64,000 bases of DNA from Podarcis pityusensis (Eukaryota), in NCBI GenBank assembly GCA_964106645.2, contig OZ067049.1, one strand, 5' to 3'. The notes beneath the pieces are model-generated. The model ran no database searches, had not been told where the DNA came from, and worked only from the letters and a program-made list of their open reading frames with translations. Below, one piece after another: positions 38,071 through 49,859 of this stretch; within the stretch, counting starts at the first letter, position 1, and each line of letters opens with the position of its first letter. The translations under genes and the position numbers were made by a program.

Positions 38071-38419
38071 AGAACACAATCCTGTTGCCAAGACGGCCAG
38101 GGGGAGACCCCTTGCCTTATCTCTCTGCAGTAAAACATTTCCATTGCCACGATAGATCATTGACTGGAAGGACAGGCATCTTACTTCTTTTTAATCAAGC
38201 AGCGGAGAACAGGAATGCATTAACTGCAAGCAGCCATGAGCAACACCCCAAAAGGTATGGTTGGGAGTTTTTCAAAGCACCCGTTTTGCACTCTCCAGCT
38301 CAAGTGCTGTTTATGCACTGACTGTTTGCAGCTGCGATCTTTTGACTGGACGCCTGTGGTCCCAATCATAGGATTTCATCATACGGCTGGCTGAAATGCT
38401 GAACCATTCAGCGCCATAG

Positions 38420-38781
38420 TAAAGGTAAAGGGACCCCTGACCATTAGGTCCAGTTGTGACCGACTCTGGGGTTGCGGCGCTCATCTCACTCCATGGGCCG
38501 AGGGAGCCGGCGTTTGTCCGCAGACAGCTTCCGGGTCATGTGGCCAGCATGACTAAGCCACTTCTGGTGAACCAGAGCAGTGCACGGAAACGCCATTTAC
38601 CTTCCCACTGGAGCAATACCTATTTATCTACTTGCACTTTAACGTGCTTTCGAACTGCTAGGTTGGCAGGAGCTGGGACTGAGCAATGGGAGCTCATCCC
38701 GTCGCGGGGATTTGAACCGCCGACCTTCTGATCAGCAAGTGGTTTAACCCACTGTGGTTTAACCCTCTGTGGTTTAACCCA
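38420..38781 (-). mobile_element. Sauria SINE with a rearranged 5' end
   Basis: Matches 18251-18595; 8-bp TSD cgccatag (38412-38419 / 38782-38789). Confidence 0.92.
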
Positions 38782-40524
38782 CGCCATAGGAAATGCCAAT
38801 AACCTGCAGAAACACACTTATATGTATACATGCAGCGAAAGGCCTTTGTCGAAGCATGGCCACTCTTTCGCAAATGAAAAGTAGCCTTTGGCATGGAAGG
38901 AATAGCGACTGAGGAGATCTCTGGCAGGACCAGTTCCGAAAGCAGAGGAGCTGCCATACTGAAAGATCAGCTCTTCGCAGAAGCGGCAAGTTAAAGGCAA
39001 CACATGTTAGGGATTGCTGGCGGTTTCCAACTTCCTTTGCTTTCTCGTATAAAATACACATCATGAAAATAAACGAAAGGTTGAAATGACTTGGTGGTTG
39101 CTATCTTAGCATAAATTGTGTGTGAACGAGTCATAGGGTGGGCTGCAGTGCTTCAGAATTCCATTACCGAGTGAGCTGGTGACTCCTAGCCAAAGTATAG
39201 AAAAATTGGTTTAATTTTCATGTCTTCAGTAAGTGTCTAAGTTCCTTCCTGTCTGTAAGCTAATGGCTACATTAATTATTGACTTCAGTGCACCTTAGGG
39301 GGAAAATGTTTAGGATATTGGCCAGCGGTGAAGGCAAGAAATTGTTTTAGCAGTCCTCTGAACTGGTCAGACATTTCCAGTTCGTGTGTGTTTATATAAG
39401 GGAAACCCCGCCCCACCCGCATTGTTCTTCATGTTATCAGATTTTATCAATATTGCAGTTATTACCATTTTGTAATTGTGTGGTCTTGGATGGCCTCGGT
39501 GTTCTAGCATGCTCAATTTAATGTAGAAAGATTAAGAGGTTTAGATGGAGTGAAAATCCCAATCTGAGGGTTATAATTATTATATTTTCCTCACTAGTAT
39601 TGCGCCCCCCCCCCAAGGCATCTTGCCCTTGGCTAGCCCCCATTCTGAATAGTTGTAAGCATTCTGCACAGAATCATTTCCTTAAAAAATAGTTAATCCA
39701 TTCAGCTCATTAACATTTTCTTTCTCTTTGTCAAAACTAACAGCTCATATTTCAAAGCTTGTGTATCAGGCTATTTTGTTCTAACTGTCCATTCTTTATT
39801 TCCTGCCTTCTTTTGCAGTGTTTGCCTGATTGCTTGGAAGAGCAAGAGGGATGCATTTATTTGGAGATACATTTCTCTGTGTTTTTTTCCCTTTTACTGA
39901 ATAGTAGCATTATCTTAGGATTCCTGCTTATAGCATTTGCTTATTCCACCACATTATTATTATTATTACTTCTTTCTGTGTGGTTGCGCATAGATGTTGC
40001 AGAAACCTAAGCACACTTACTAAGTATTAGAGTAGACGATTGCAATTAATGCTCCAAAGTTAGTCAGCTCTATTGATTTCAATGAATCTACTCTGAATAT
40101 AGCTGGCATTGGATACAGCCCTGGACACTTGATTTGCCCTACATTTTCAGAATAAAGTACTAGATTGTGCTACAAACATGTGCAGCACCATTTGGAGATG
40201 CTGGAACATAGGAAGGTATGCTGCCATGTTTCCTAGCATTTCTAAATTCTGCCAGGCATGTTCAATGAAGGCTGGCTAGCGTGTCTAACAAGAACATTCT
40301 CAGTTTCCACCACCCCAGTAACTACCAGGGAAGTGAGCAACAGGAAGCACTTCTGTTCTGCATAGCAGTTCACTTGAGACCGTAGTCAAAGGCTTTATTA
40401 CTTTGCAAAACTTTTCAATGATGTTCAATTAAAAACATCCAGGTTCTTCATTTCTGGAGTGAAATGGGAGTGGGATATCATGCCCCTCAGAGAACAATCA
40501 GAGTGGACCTATCACTATCTGGGA

Positions 40525-40992
40525 GTGGCCGCCAAGACCGTATAAGACCAGTCCTGAAATCATTGGCTCCCAGTACATTTCCAAGCACAATTCAAAGTGT
40601 TGGTACTGACCTTTAAAGCCCTAAACGGCCTTGGTCCTGTATACCTGAAGGAGCGTCTCCACCCTCATTGTTCAACGCGGACACTGAGGTGCAGCGCCGA
40701 GGGTCTTCTGGCAGTTCCCTCATTGCAAGAAGTGAGGTTAAAGAGAACCAGGTAGAGGGCCTTCTCGGTAGTGGCGCCCGCCCTGTGGAACGCCCTCCCA
40801 TCAGATGTCAAAGAAATAAACAACTATCTGACTTTTAGAAGACATCTGAAGGCAGCCCTGTTTCGGGAAGTTTTTAACGTTTGATGTTTTATCATGTTTT
40901 TAATATTCTGTTGGGAGCCGCCCAGAGTGGCTGGGGAATCCCAGCCAGATGGGCGGGGTATAAATAATAAATTATTATCATTATCATTATTA
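40525..40992 (+). mobile_element. L2 LINE 3' end
   Basis: High similarity to 63010-63480. Confidence 0.9.
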
Positions 40993-42281
40993 TACCTTTT
41001 CCAATTTATCATTATTATACCTTTTTCCAATTTATAGACCTATCATAAAAATAGCTAAGATGGTTTTAAAAAGCAGTACGAAAGAACATTGGGAAAAGGG
41101 GGGTTTGAAACTATACAACATTAATACCTACGGTGGAGACTTTTTCTCCAGCTACAAAAGATTGTCAGAATAAAAATGTATGCAATTTATTTCAGGAAAC
41201 TGAATATAGTAGGCACACGTTGTATCTCCACAGGAATGCTGTTCCATAGAACAGAGACAAGTTGCTGTGGAGCAGGCTTCTGATATTTTGGGGACTTTAA
41301 GGAAAAATTATCCAGCAGAATGCAGTGCCCTGGGTGTATAAGGGATAAGGAGGTCTCTCAAGTGATCTGTCCTCAGTTATATAGCACAACAGGCTATTTC
41401 AAGGAGCACAGTGGTCCTGAAACACCATTGCCATCACATTGCCTCTCAGCCATCACATTGCCTCTCAGCCATCTCCCTCTGCTGTCCCTGAGTATGCTGT
41501 TGGGGAAAGCAGTGCCAAAACAACAGTACGCCAGGGAAAGATTGATGTTTCCTAGGATACAAGAAGATACCAGGGTTGAAAAGGCAGTATCCTTAATCAG
41601 GTACTAAATATAAGGATTCCCTGTAAAGGACCATGTCTCTGAAAGTAAGAAGAGAAAAATGTGGGATGGAAGGCAAGAGACTGAGACAATGAAGTTAACA
41701 GTGGCTGCAACTCTATTTGATTTGCAATCTATAATCTAATTTTCAACGTGTTCCTCAAGGAGCAGGTGCTCATTTTCCCCTACTATCCAGAGTGTGTTGA
41801 GTGAAATCTCTCTCGGTCCCACAAAGCACCCTGGTCTATCAAATAGGACGCATTAAGGGAAGCTAATCCATCTGCTTAACCTCTTGTGTACTATTTTGGG
41901 TAATCTCCAAATCCGTTGTGCCTCTTTCCCCAAGCCCTGTTGTATAAAGATGCAATATGCTGCTCTCTTCGTGATCTTATCAGCTGCCAAGAAGAAGAAG
42001 GAAATAGCTGGATTGTATTGTGCATCTGTGTAATTTTATTCCCCCTTCAAAGGAACAGCCCCACTTTTGGCTGTGAGTGCTGATACCCCACAGCACATTT
42101 CTTTCCAGTGGAGGCTTCTGTGAGTAGAAAGGGGGCAGAGGGAACTTTCCTTAATCCACTCATCTCTGCCAGCCCCTATATCCTTTATCTTCTCTAGGGA
42201 ATTGGGTCACGCTTTGTAACTGCAGGGAAAGTGGCGGGAAGCTGCAGGGAAAAGGGTGTTTGGGGGAGGGGGAGCCCAAAC

Positions 42282-42371
42282 CATAGTTGTCAATGTTTTC
42301 CCTTTTTTAAGGGAAATTCCCTTATTCCGAATAGGATTCTTCGCAAGAAAAGGGAAAAGTTGACAGCCATG
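42282..42371. mobile_element. 90-bp hAT-type MITE
   Basis: TIR catagttgtcaa / ttgacagccatg; perfect 8-bp TSD gcccaaac (42274-42281 / 42372-42379). Confidence 0.85.
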
Positions 42372-42460
42372 GCCCAAACACAAACCTCCACCTGACAGAA
42401 CCCTTCACTGGATCAAAGAGTTTTCCATCAGCAGATGTCTATGGCAGTGGTACCAGCTTT

Positions 42461-42634
42461 TGACCTTGGGCTAGTCACACTTCTTTGAAGTCTCTCAGCC
42501 CCACTTACCTCACAGAGTGTTTGTTGTGGCGGAGGAAGGGAAAGGAGATTGTTAGCCGCTTTAAGGCTCCTTAAGGGGAGTGAAAGGTGGGATGTCAAGT
42601 CCAAACTCCTCCTCCTCCTCCTCTTCTTCTTCCT
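42461..42634 (+). mobile_element. 5'-truncated Squam3-like SINE
   Basis: Matches 47771-47920; (CCT)/(CTT) tail. Confidence 0.85.
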
Positions 42635-43206
42635 CACCTGCACTCCAAGAATGCTTCTCTAGTGGTTTGGGGGGGGGGGGGTCCTCCTGAACAATGTTGG
42701 ATGCTGCTAAGAATTGGGGGAAATCTCCCCAAAGCAGGCTCTCCCAGAATGAAAGGATAGGATAAGGTCTATTCTTTCCAATGATACGCTTCATCTCACT
42801 TATCATAGCATCCTAGGCATTATTATTTTTATTAGCCATTGGATATTTAATATATATGATTTCAAGTTAGTCCCTTTCTACTATCTGTCACTGTTACATT
42901 TAAAATATAACTTATCACTTGTGGTTGGCTATACAAGCTGGCAACCAGTGATAAAGTGGGATATCAAATTCAAATCCAAACTCTTCTTCATATTTGCATT
43001 TTTTGAGTGAGTATCAAAAGTACTACCCTCTTTGGTCACTTCTCTCTCTCAGATCATTCCCCAGAAAGAGAGAGAGAGAGAGCATACACAGAGACTTTCC
43101 CAAGGGATCTGCATAAAAGTCAGATCCAGTAGAATTAATCTGAACCTTGAAAGGAACTTAGATCTGAAAGAAGACATGGGAAAGAGTAGCTCATTTGTCA
43201 TTATAG

Positions 43207-43802
43207 TTGAAGTGGAAAACTATGGTTTAACTGAGCTCTCCAAACCAGGATTGCAAACCATGGTTTGATATTCGTGTTCAGTCCTGGTTTGGAGGACTCG
43301 CTCAAACCAGTTGGATCTACAAACTATTATTTATAATAAAAATAATAATAATTTATTACTTATACCCCGCCCATCTGGCTGGGTTTCCCCAGCTACTCTG
43401 GGCGGCTTCCAACAGGAGATTAAAAACACATTAAATCATCAGTCATTAAAAAACTTCCCTAAACAGGATCAAGCCAGGTTGTTTTATTAACCTGTTCACT
43501 CAAGGGGAGGAGGGAAGGGATGCTTGAAGGCTTAGGACTTGTCTCCAGCACCCCCCCAATGGTTTGGAAACATGACTGCAGCCCATGGTATGCTAGCACC
43601 ATGGCTGAATGAAGACTGAACCCCAGTCTCCCTTGCCCAGGTCATCATACTATTCCATGTTCCACTACCAGTAAACATCATGGCTTGAAGTGGGAAACTA
43701 TGGTTTGACTGAGATCTCCAAACCAGGACTTCAAACCATGGTTTGATATTCGTGTTCAGTCCTGGTTTGGAGGACTTGCTCAAACCAGTTGGATCTACAA
43801 AC

Positions 43803-43842
<40 letters not shown>

Positions 43843-43961
43843 TTTTATTACTTATACCCCACCCATCTGGCTGGGTTTCCCCAGCCACTCTGGGCAGCTT
43901 CCAACAGGAGATTAAAAATACATTAAATCATCAGTCATTAAAAAACTTCCCTAAACAGGAT
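43207..43961. repeat. Direct duplication A(43207-43469)-B-A'(43685-43961); each A contains the same minus-strand L2 tail
   Basis: Copies align throughout, with the same L2 junctions; they differ by scattered substitutions and (AAT)n length. Confidence 0.9.
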
Positions 43962-44054
43962 TCAATGACTTGAAGTCCTATTCACTTGACTGTGCTTGCT
44001 TTGATTTTTGAGTATTATTTCAGCAGTACTTATGGTAAATAAATGTCCATGGTA

Positions 44055-44783
44055 TGAAGAGTTCAAGAAGATATTTAAGAGTTCAGTTTCCAAAAACCGG
44101 AAGCATATTTGCTGGGCTTAATATCCAGTGACATCCCCAAGGATAAAAGGAATATATTCCTTTATGCAACAGCGATGGCTAGATTATTAGTGGCAAAAAA
44201 ATGGAAAACAGAAAAAATACCAGAAATCTCAGAATGGCGAGTAAAAATCTGTGAATTTTCTGAGATGGCAAAACTAACAGCAACAATTAGAGGCTGTTCT
44301 AATCAAAAAAATTCACAAAGGGTGGGAGTGGGTAAAGAAATATATGAAAAGATTTGGTTTTGGAGCTCAAATTTAATATTCAATAGTTAAAGTGTGCAAG
44401 GATATAAGACGATATCATAACATATACGGAACAACAAATACAAACCTCTGTCAACACAACGAGAAGCAATATTATGTAGAGAAGATCTCACATGGGTGAA
44501 GGGAAGTAACGGCATAGGGGGAGGGAGGTATAGGGCAGTATTTGGAAAATTGTTAAGGATATATATGTGATTTAAGAGGTCAAGAACAAGGAGTCAAAAG
44601 AAGGAGACTAACATTACTGAACAGTAAAATAAGGAAATCTGAGAAGAATTTGGTAGAAATGAAAACATGTGAGTCATGTTCTTGCTTGTATTTTGGTTTA
44701 TTTTGGTTTTAAAGTCTTCTATTGTAAAGATTGTATATAAAATGAATAAAACACAAAAAGTAAAATAAATAAATGAATGAATG
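44055..44783 (+). mobile_element. L1 3' fragment
   Basis: LLGLI...FLYATA.ARLLVAKKWK...EW..KI.EFSEMAKLT; (TAAA)(TGAA) tail; TSD aatgtccatggta (44042-44054) / aatgcccatggta (44784-44796). Confidence 0.85.
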
Positions 44784-46202
44784 AATGCCCATGGTACATG
44801 TACACACACACACCAAAAATTGAGGATGAAAACTCCTGATTTTATTTCTGCAAAATGGGAGGCAGTGAATATCCTCTTCTCTCAGTTACCTTGGCAAAAA
44901 CTAAAAATGGCAACGGCGTCACCAAACATTCAAACTACTCTCTGCAACAGTACCGCGATGTTTGCAGTGCAACAATGGACGGTTCAAGATCAAGCCCCCG
45001 CAACAATTTAAATGCGGCTGAGATATTTATTTATTTTTTAAGTGCTCTTGGAAGAAAGGAATCCATCCCAAGTCAATTTAAGCGTTGCTTGTTCTCTTTA
45101 AATATTTAATTACATTAATTTTTCAGAACAACAAAACAAACATTCATCAAGTGAAACTAAGAATGTCACCCTCAGATCTCTACATCTGTTGCTGTCCTGC
45201 TGTTTTCCTGCATAATTCAGTTTAATACGTTTAAAGTGTACACTTCATTAAAATTCTTAACATTCACTTCCATGGAGAGTTTACATTCTAGACAAGGGCA
45301 GGAAGGCAGGCAAGGAGACTCGTTAACTGCAGAAAGGTGTGGCTTCTTCCCCCCATCGCTGCTTTATGTATGTATGATGATGTCTATCTCGGTGCTTCTG
45401 TCTCAGCATGTACTGTCTTATCTATATATCTAAATCCATCTGTCTCTAGAATGAGTCATCCTTTCAGTGCCATCAGACATTTCCTTCCGGATGTATCTTT
45501 CTCCCTTGAAGCCTTTGTTCTTTATAGAATATATATATATATTCTATCTTTATTCCTGCTGTCTCTTCTCCAGTCACATACTACACACAAACAAACCCAC
45601 AGTGTGGCCTACATACCAATCAAACTAAACATTAATCATGCTCTCTAGATATGCTTAAGAATGGACTATGTTGATGGGTTACAGCTGTGTAGCTTTTCTC
45701 CCCATTGTTCTAAGATCCAGGATTTTATAGACGTTAGAAGCATGCATGCGCAAACAGAAAGGCAATGCTCTTTTCTCGAGTTGGAGCTAAAATAATAGGA
45801 AAGTATTTCCAGTTGAGACCGAGATTAAATAGTATGCAGCCAGGGAACTGGGATTGCAGATTAAAGAGCATCTCTACTTGGAAACCTTCTTCACCCCTAG
45901 TTTGGCGATTTAGCACTACCCCCAAGAAGAGAATCCCAGGCTGACAACCCACCTCAGAACCTTCAAGCAACATGTCTTATTTAGTTGGTCTGAGGTGCAG
46001 ATTATGGTGCTTGTGAGGTTAATCATCATTGCCACTGCAGATAGCCAGAGGGCGGTATTGTAGGTAAAGGGCTCATGTGACAAAGAACCAGCAGGGGTTC
46101 CACTAGGTCTTATGGTTTGCAACTAGCTCCTAAGCCTGAGCAACTTGTCGCTGAAGGAAAGACTAAGCTGCTTTCAGACTGCAATTCACCACTTCCCTTC
46201 AT

Positions 46203-46655
46203 GTTGTTGTTGTTTAGTTGTTTAGTCGTGTCCGACTCTTCGTGACCCCATGGACCAGAGCACGCCAGGCACTCCTGTCTTCCACTGCCTCGCGCAGTTT
46301 GGTCAAACTCATGCTGGTAGCTTCGAGAACACTGCCCAACCATCTCGTCTTCTGTCGTCCCCTTCTCCTTGTGCCCTCCATCTTTCCCAACATCAGGGTC
46401 TTTTCCAGGGAGTCTTCTCTTCTCATGAGGTGGCCAAAGTATTGGAGCCTCAGCTTCAGGATTTGTCCTTCCAGTGAGCACTCAGGGCTGATTTCCTTCA
46501 GAATAGATAGGTTTGATCTTCTTGCAGTCCATGGGACTCTCAAGAGTCTCCTCCAGCACCATAATTCGAAAGCATCAATTCTTCGGCAGTCAGCCTTCTT
46601 TATGGTCCAGCTTTCACTTCCCTACATCACTACTGGGAAAGCCATAGCTTTAACG
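46203..46655 (-). mobile_element. BovB (RTE) LINE, 5'-truncated
   Basis: RVPWTARRSNLSILKEISPECSLEGQILKLRLQYFGHLMRREDSLEKTLMLGK; (CAA)n tail; reverse complement of 8721-9072. Confidence 0.93.
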
Positions 46656-46832
46656 TAGGGTTGCCATATTTCAAAAAGTGAAAATCTGGACACAAAAGTT
46701 GTTGAGCTTTTCTTTTTCATTTCTTTTTTTGGGACGGGGAGAGTTGTTCCAACTGACTTTGGAAATTCTTCGCTATTTCTGAAGCACAAATCCTGGATAT
46801 GTCCAGGAAATTCCATACGTGTGGCAGCCCTG
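46656..46832. mobile_element. MITE with TAGGGTTGCCA-type ends
   Basis: tagggttgccata / tgtggcagccctg. Confidence 0.7.
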
Positions 46833-47680
46833 ATTCACCGCTGCCTCATTGATCTCTTGACCACAGTAGCATTGGGATATGGTTTTGTATTAGTGCAGAT
46901 TATGAAAGCCTTCATATACGCATTAATGTCTAGGGAGGTGAATGCATAGACATCATTTCTTCCCCTTTTCTTTCTTATATGGAAATGGCATGAAGTAAAG
47001 ATGCGTAAAACAGGTCCCTTTAGCCCTATGGAGTTCTCCACTTTACCTCTCCATGCTCTCAGAGATCTGTGGAAAGGCTGCAGAATACTTTGGGTGCCCT
47101 TCTTTTAGGAGCAACTTACACATGTGTGTGTCTCTTGAGAATGATGTACATTTCCACTGATGTACATTAAAGCATGTTCAACAGCTAAGTCCCCCTTTCT
47201 TCCCCTAGTTTTATCAGTTTTATACACAGCGAGCCACTGAATATTGCTTGTTGTTTCCCTTATGGAAAGTAATTGAGGCAGAATATGCTGTAAGGAAGAT
47301 TGAGAGTAATCATCCAAACCTTCAGATCAATATCCAAGTTTGAAATTAAACCCAAAATAAACACATTAAAATGAAAGCCAACTTATGGTGCAAGCTGCCT
47401 GTCAGATCACCAAGCCTTTCCTCCCATTTCATGTTTGCCTCATATGTTTCAGCTGCGTTATCTTGCTTTAAATTGTCTGCAGTCATTGTACACCAGGAAT
47501 CATCTGCTAGCAGGGAGTTGACACACAAGTTTGCGAAAACCAGTATTCTTGCAGTGAGAGGGCAGAGCTTCCTAGTGAGGCACAAGCAGTTGGCAAGGTA
47601 TCATGAACTCCTTACTTCTTAACTGCAGAAGAGGAGAGCACTCTGGATTGTTGTTGTTGTTGTTGTGGTTGTTGTTGTTG

Positions 47681-47920
47681 GAGCCAGTGTGGTGTAGTGG
47701 TTAGGAGTGGTAGACTCGTAATTTAGGGAACCGGGTTCGCGTCTCCACTCCTCCACATGCAGCTGCTGGGTGACCTTGGGCCAGTCACACTTCTCTGAAG
47801 TCTCTCAGCCCCACTCACCTCACAGAGTGTTTGTTGTGGGGGAGGAAGGGAAAGGAGAATGTTAGCCGCTTTCAGACTCCTTTGGGTAGTGATAAAGCGG
47901 GATATCAAATCCAAACTCTT
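47681..47920 (+). mobile_element. Full-length Squam3-like tRNA-derived SINE
   Basis: A box tggtgtagtgg, B-box-like gggttcgcgtc; flanked on both sides by (TTG)n. Confidence 0.88.
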
Positions 47921-48046
47921 GTTGTTGTTGTTGTTGTTGTTGTGTGTTTTTGATCTTATGCAAAAACCAGCCAGGGTAGGTGTGTCCTGCATCCCAGCTG
48001 GTGTCCTTTTTTTGTAACACCTGAAAGGGGCCGTGTGAAGGCAGTA

Positions 48047-48298
48047 CAGTAGTACCTCGTTGTAAGTCCGCCCCATTTAGCGTCCATTTCGTGGAACGTC
48101 TGTGGCCAACTCAGAAGTACCAGAATGGGCTACTTCCAGGTTTGCTGCTCATGCATGTACAGAAGCACTAAATCATGCTTCACACATGCGCATAAGTGCA
48201 AAACCACTCACGTGCATGCACAGAGTGGCGCTTTGTTGAGCGTCTCTTTAGTCAAGCATCCAGGGAACAGATCCCAGACTCAAAACTAGGTACCACTG
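48047..48298. mobile_element. pogo/Tigger-type MITE (third family)
   Basis: cagtagtacct / aggtaccactg; TA TSD. Confidence 0.8.
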
Positions 48299-49078
48299 TA
48301 TGTGCATGTATAGCCTGTGCATTTCTTTGCACAAGTTTTCCTGTGGACATGACAAAAGTGTCAGGCCAATTGTGCATCCAGTTGCCGCTGTTTCCTGTCA
48401 TTCCTGATGACCTGGCTTATGAAAATGTCAAATTGTTTCTTAACTTTCTCTAATGCACAGTAGATAGCAAGCAGCCTGGTTCCCCCCCCCCCCCCAGCAG
48501 AGCATTGTCTGAAGGGGAAGAGGTCTTTGCCAATAATCCACAAGTTTGCCATCAGTTGCCTTTAGTGCTCCTTTGGAAATCATTCTTGATGCAGCAGCTA
48601 TTGATCACAGAGGTCTGTTATGTTAATCCTATTGCTTTTAGTTGCAAATTCTTCATTAGTACCCTAAGGGCTCTCTTGACCCTCAGAGGATAATGAAAGT
48701 TTCTCCTTTATGGAGGTTTAGCAGTGCAAATTGTATACTCTAATTTATTTTTCTCTAATTGAGGATAATCAGCTTGTCCCTGCAGGGTATAAAGCTATAT
48801 ATATTTGTGTGTAGTTGTTAATTTCTTTTTGCATTAGAGAAGGGTTGCTGAAAAGCAGACGTAGTTATTTATTGTCAGGGACACATTCTGACCTGAGGCC
48901 ATCAGCTGCATCAAGAATCCGCAGGAGAGCCAAAAGAAGGAAATGAGAATATTTTCATATTGAATAGAAGGAGGCACTAAGCAGGAAAGTGAGAGCAAAA
49001 ATCGTACATATCTTAAATGTGTCATCCCTGGCAAAGCTTGTATGGTATAGCAGGATAGTTCTGCCTGTGAAGCACTGG

Positions 49079-49329
49079 GAAGAAGAAGAAGAGTTTGGAT
49101 TTGATATCCCGCTTTATTACTACCAGAAGGAGTCTCAAAGCGGCTAACATGCTCCTTTCCCTTCCTCCCCCACAACAAACACTCTGTGAGGTGAGTGGGG
49201 CTGAGAGACTTCAGAGAAGTGTGACTGGCCCAAGGTCACCCAGCAGCTGCATGTGGAGGAGCAGAGACGCGAACCCGGTTCCCCAGATTATGAGTCTACC
49301 GCTCTTAACCACTACACCACACTGGCTCT
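49079..49329 (-). mobile_element. Full-length Squam3-like SINE
   Basis: Reverse complement of 47681-47920; (CTT)n tail. Confidence 0.9.
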
Positions 49330-49859
49330 GAATAGCAACACTCCTCCCACTAAGTGCCTGGAAAACAACAATATTATTAAATAAATAAATTTGTAACAGC
49401 GGTCTTATCCTGTGGTCTGAGAGCAACCATGTGCAACATTTGTAAGTGGTCATCCATTTTCACCTTGTGTCAAAAACATAATCCTAGAAACCCAATTTGT
49501 GTGTGATGAGGGAAGAAGGATCGAAGGGAAAGAGAGGACCATGATGCAAAAAGCATTATGCACAGATCCAGGTAGACCTAAGGCAAAGATCCAGGTACTC
49601 TTGAGCCAAAGGGGTGGAAGATTCTCACAGGCATCCAAAGGAAGCAGGTATTCGTGTATATTTTGTAATATCTGCAGAAGCAGTTAGACACTTCCCGGGA
49701 GATGATTCCACTTTGATGGGTCCAAACCTATTTGTTTACATGGGTCAAAAACCAGAGGGCAAGGTAAGAACGAGGAAGAAGGCAACCAGGCTCTGGTGTT
49801 ATTGTTTGATCCTTGACAGAGCAGGCCTGGGTGCACTGCTTAATGTCGAATTGAAGCGA

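Noticed and set aside
47681-47760. tRNA gene (also 54559-54640)
   Set aside because: tRNA-derived SINE heads that continue into SINE bodies; no convincing cloverleaf.
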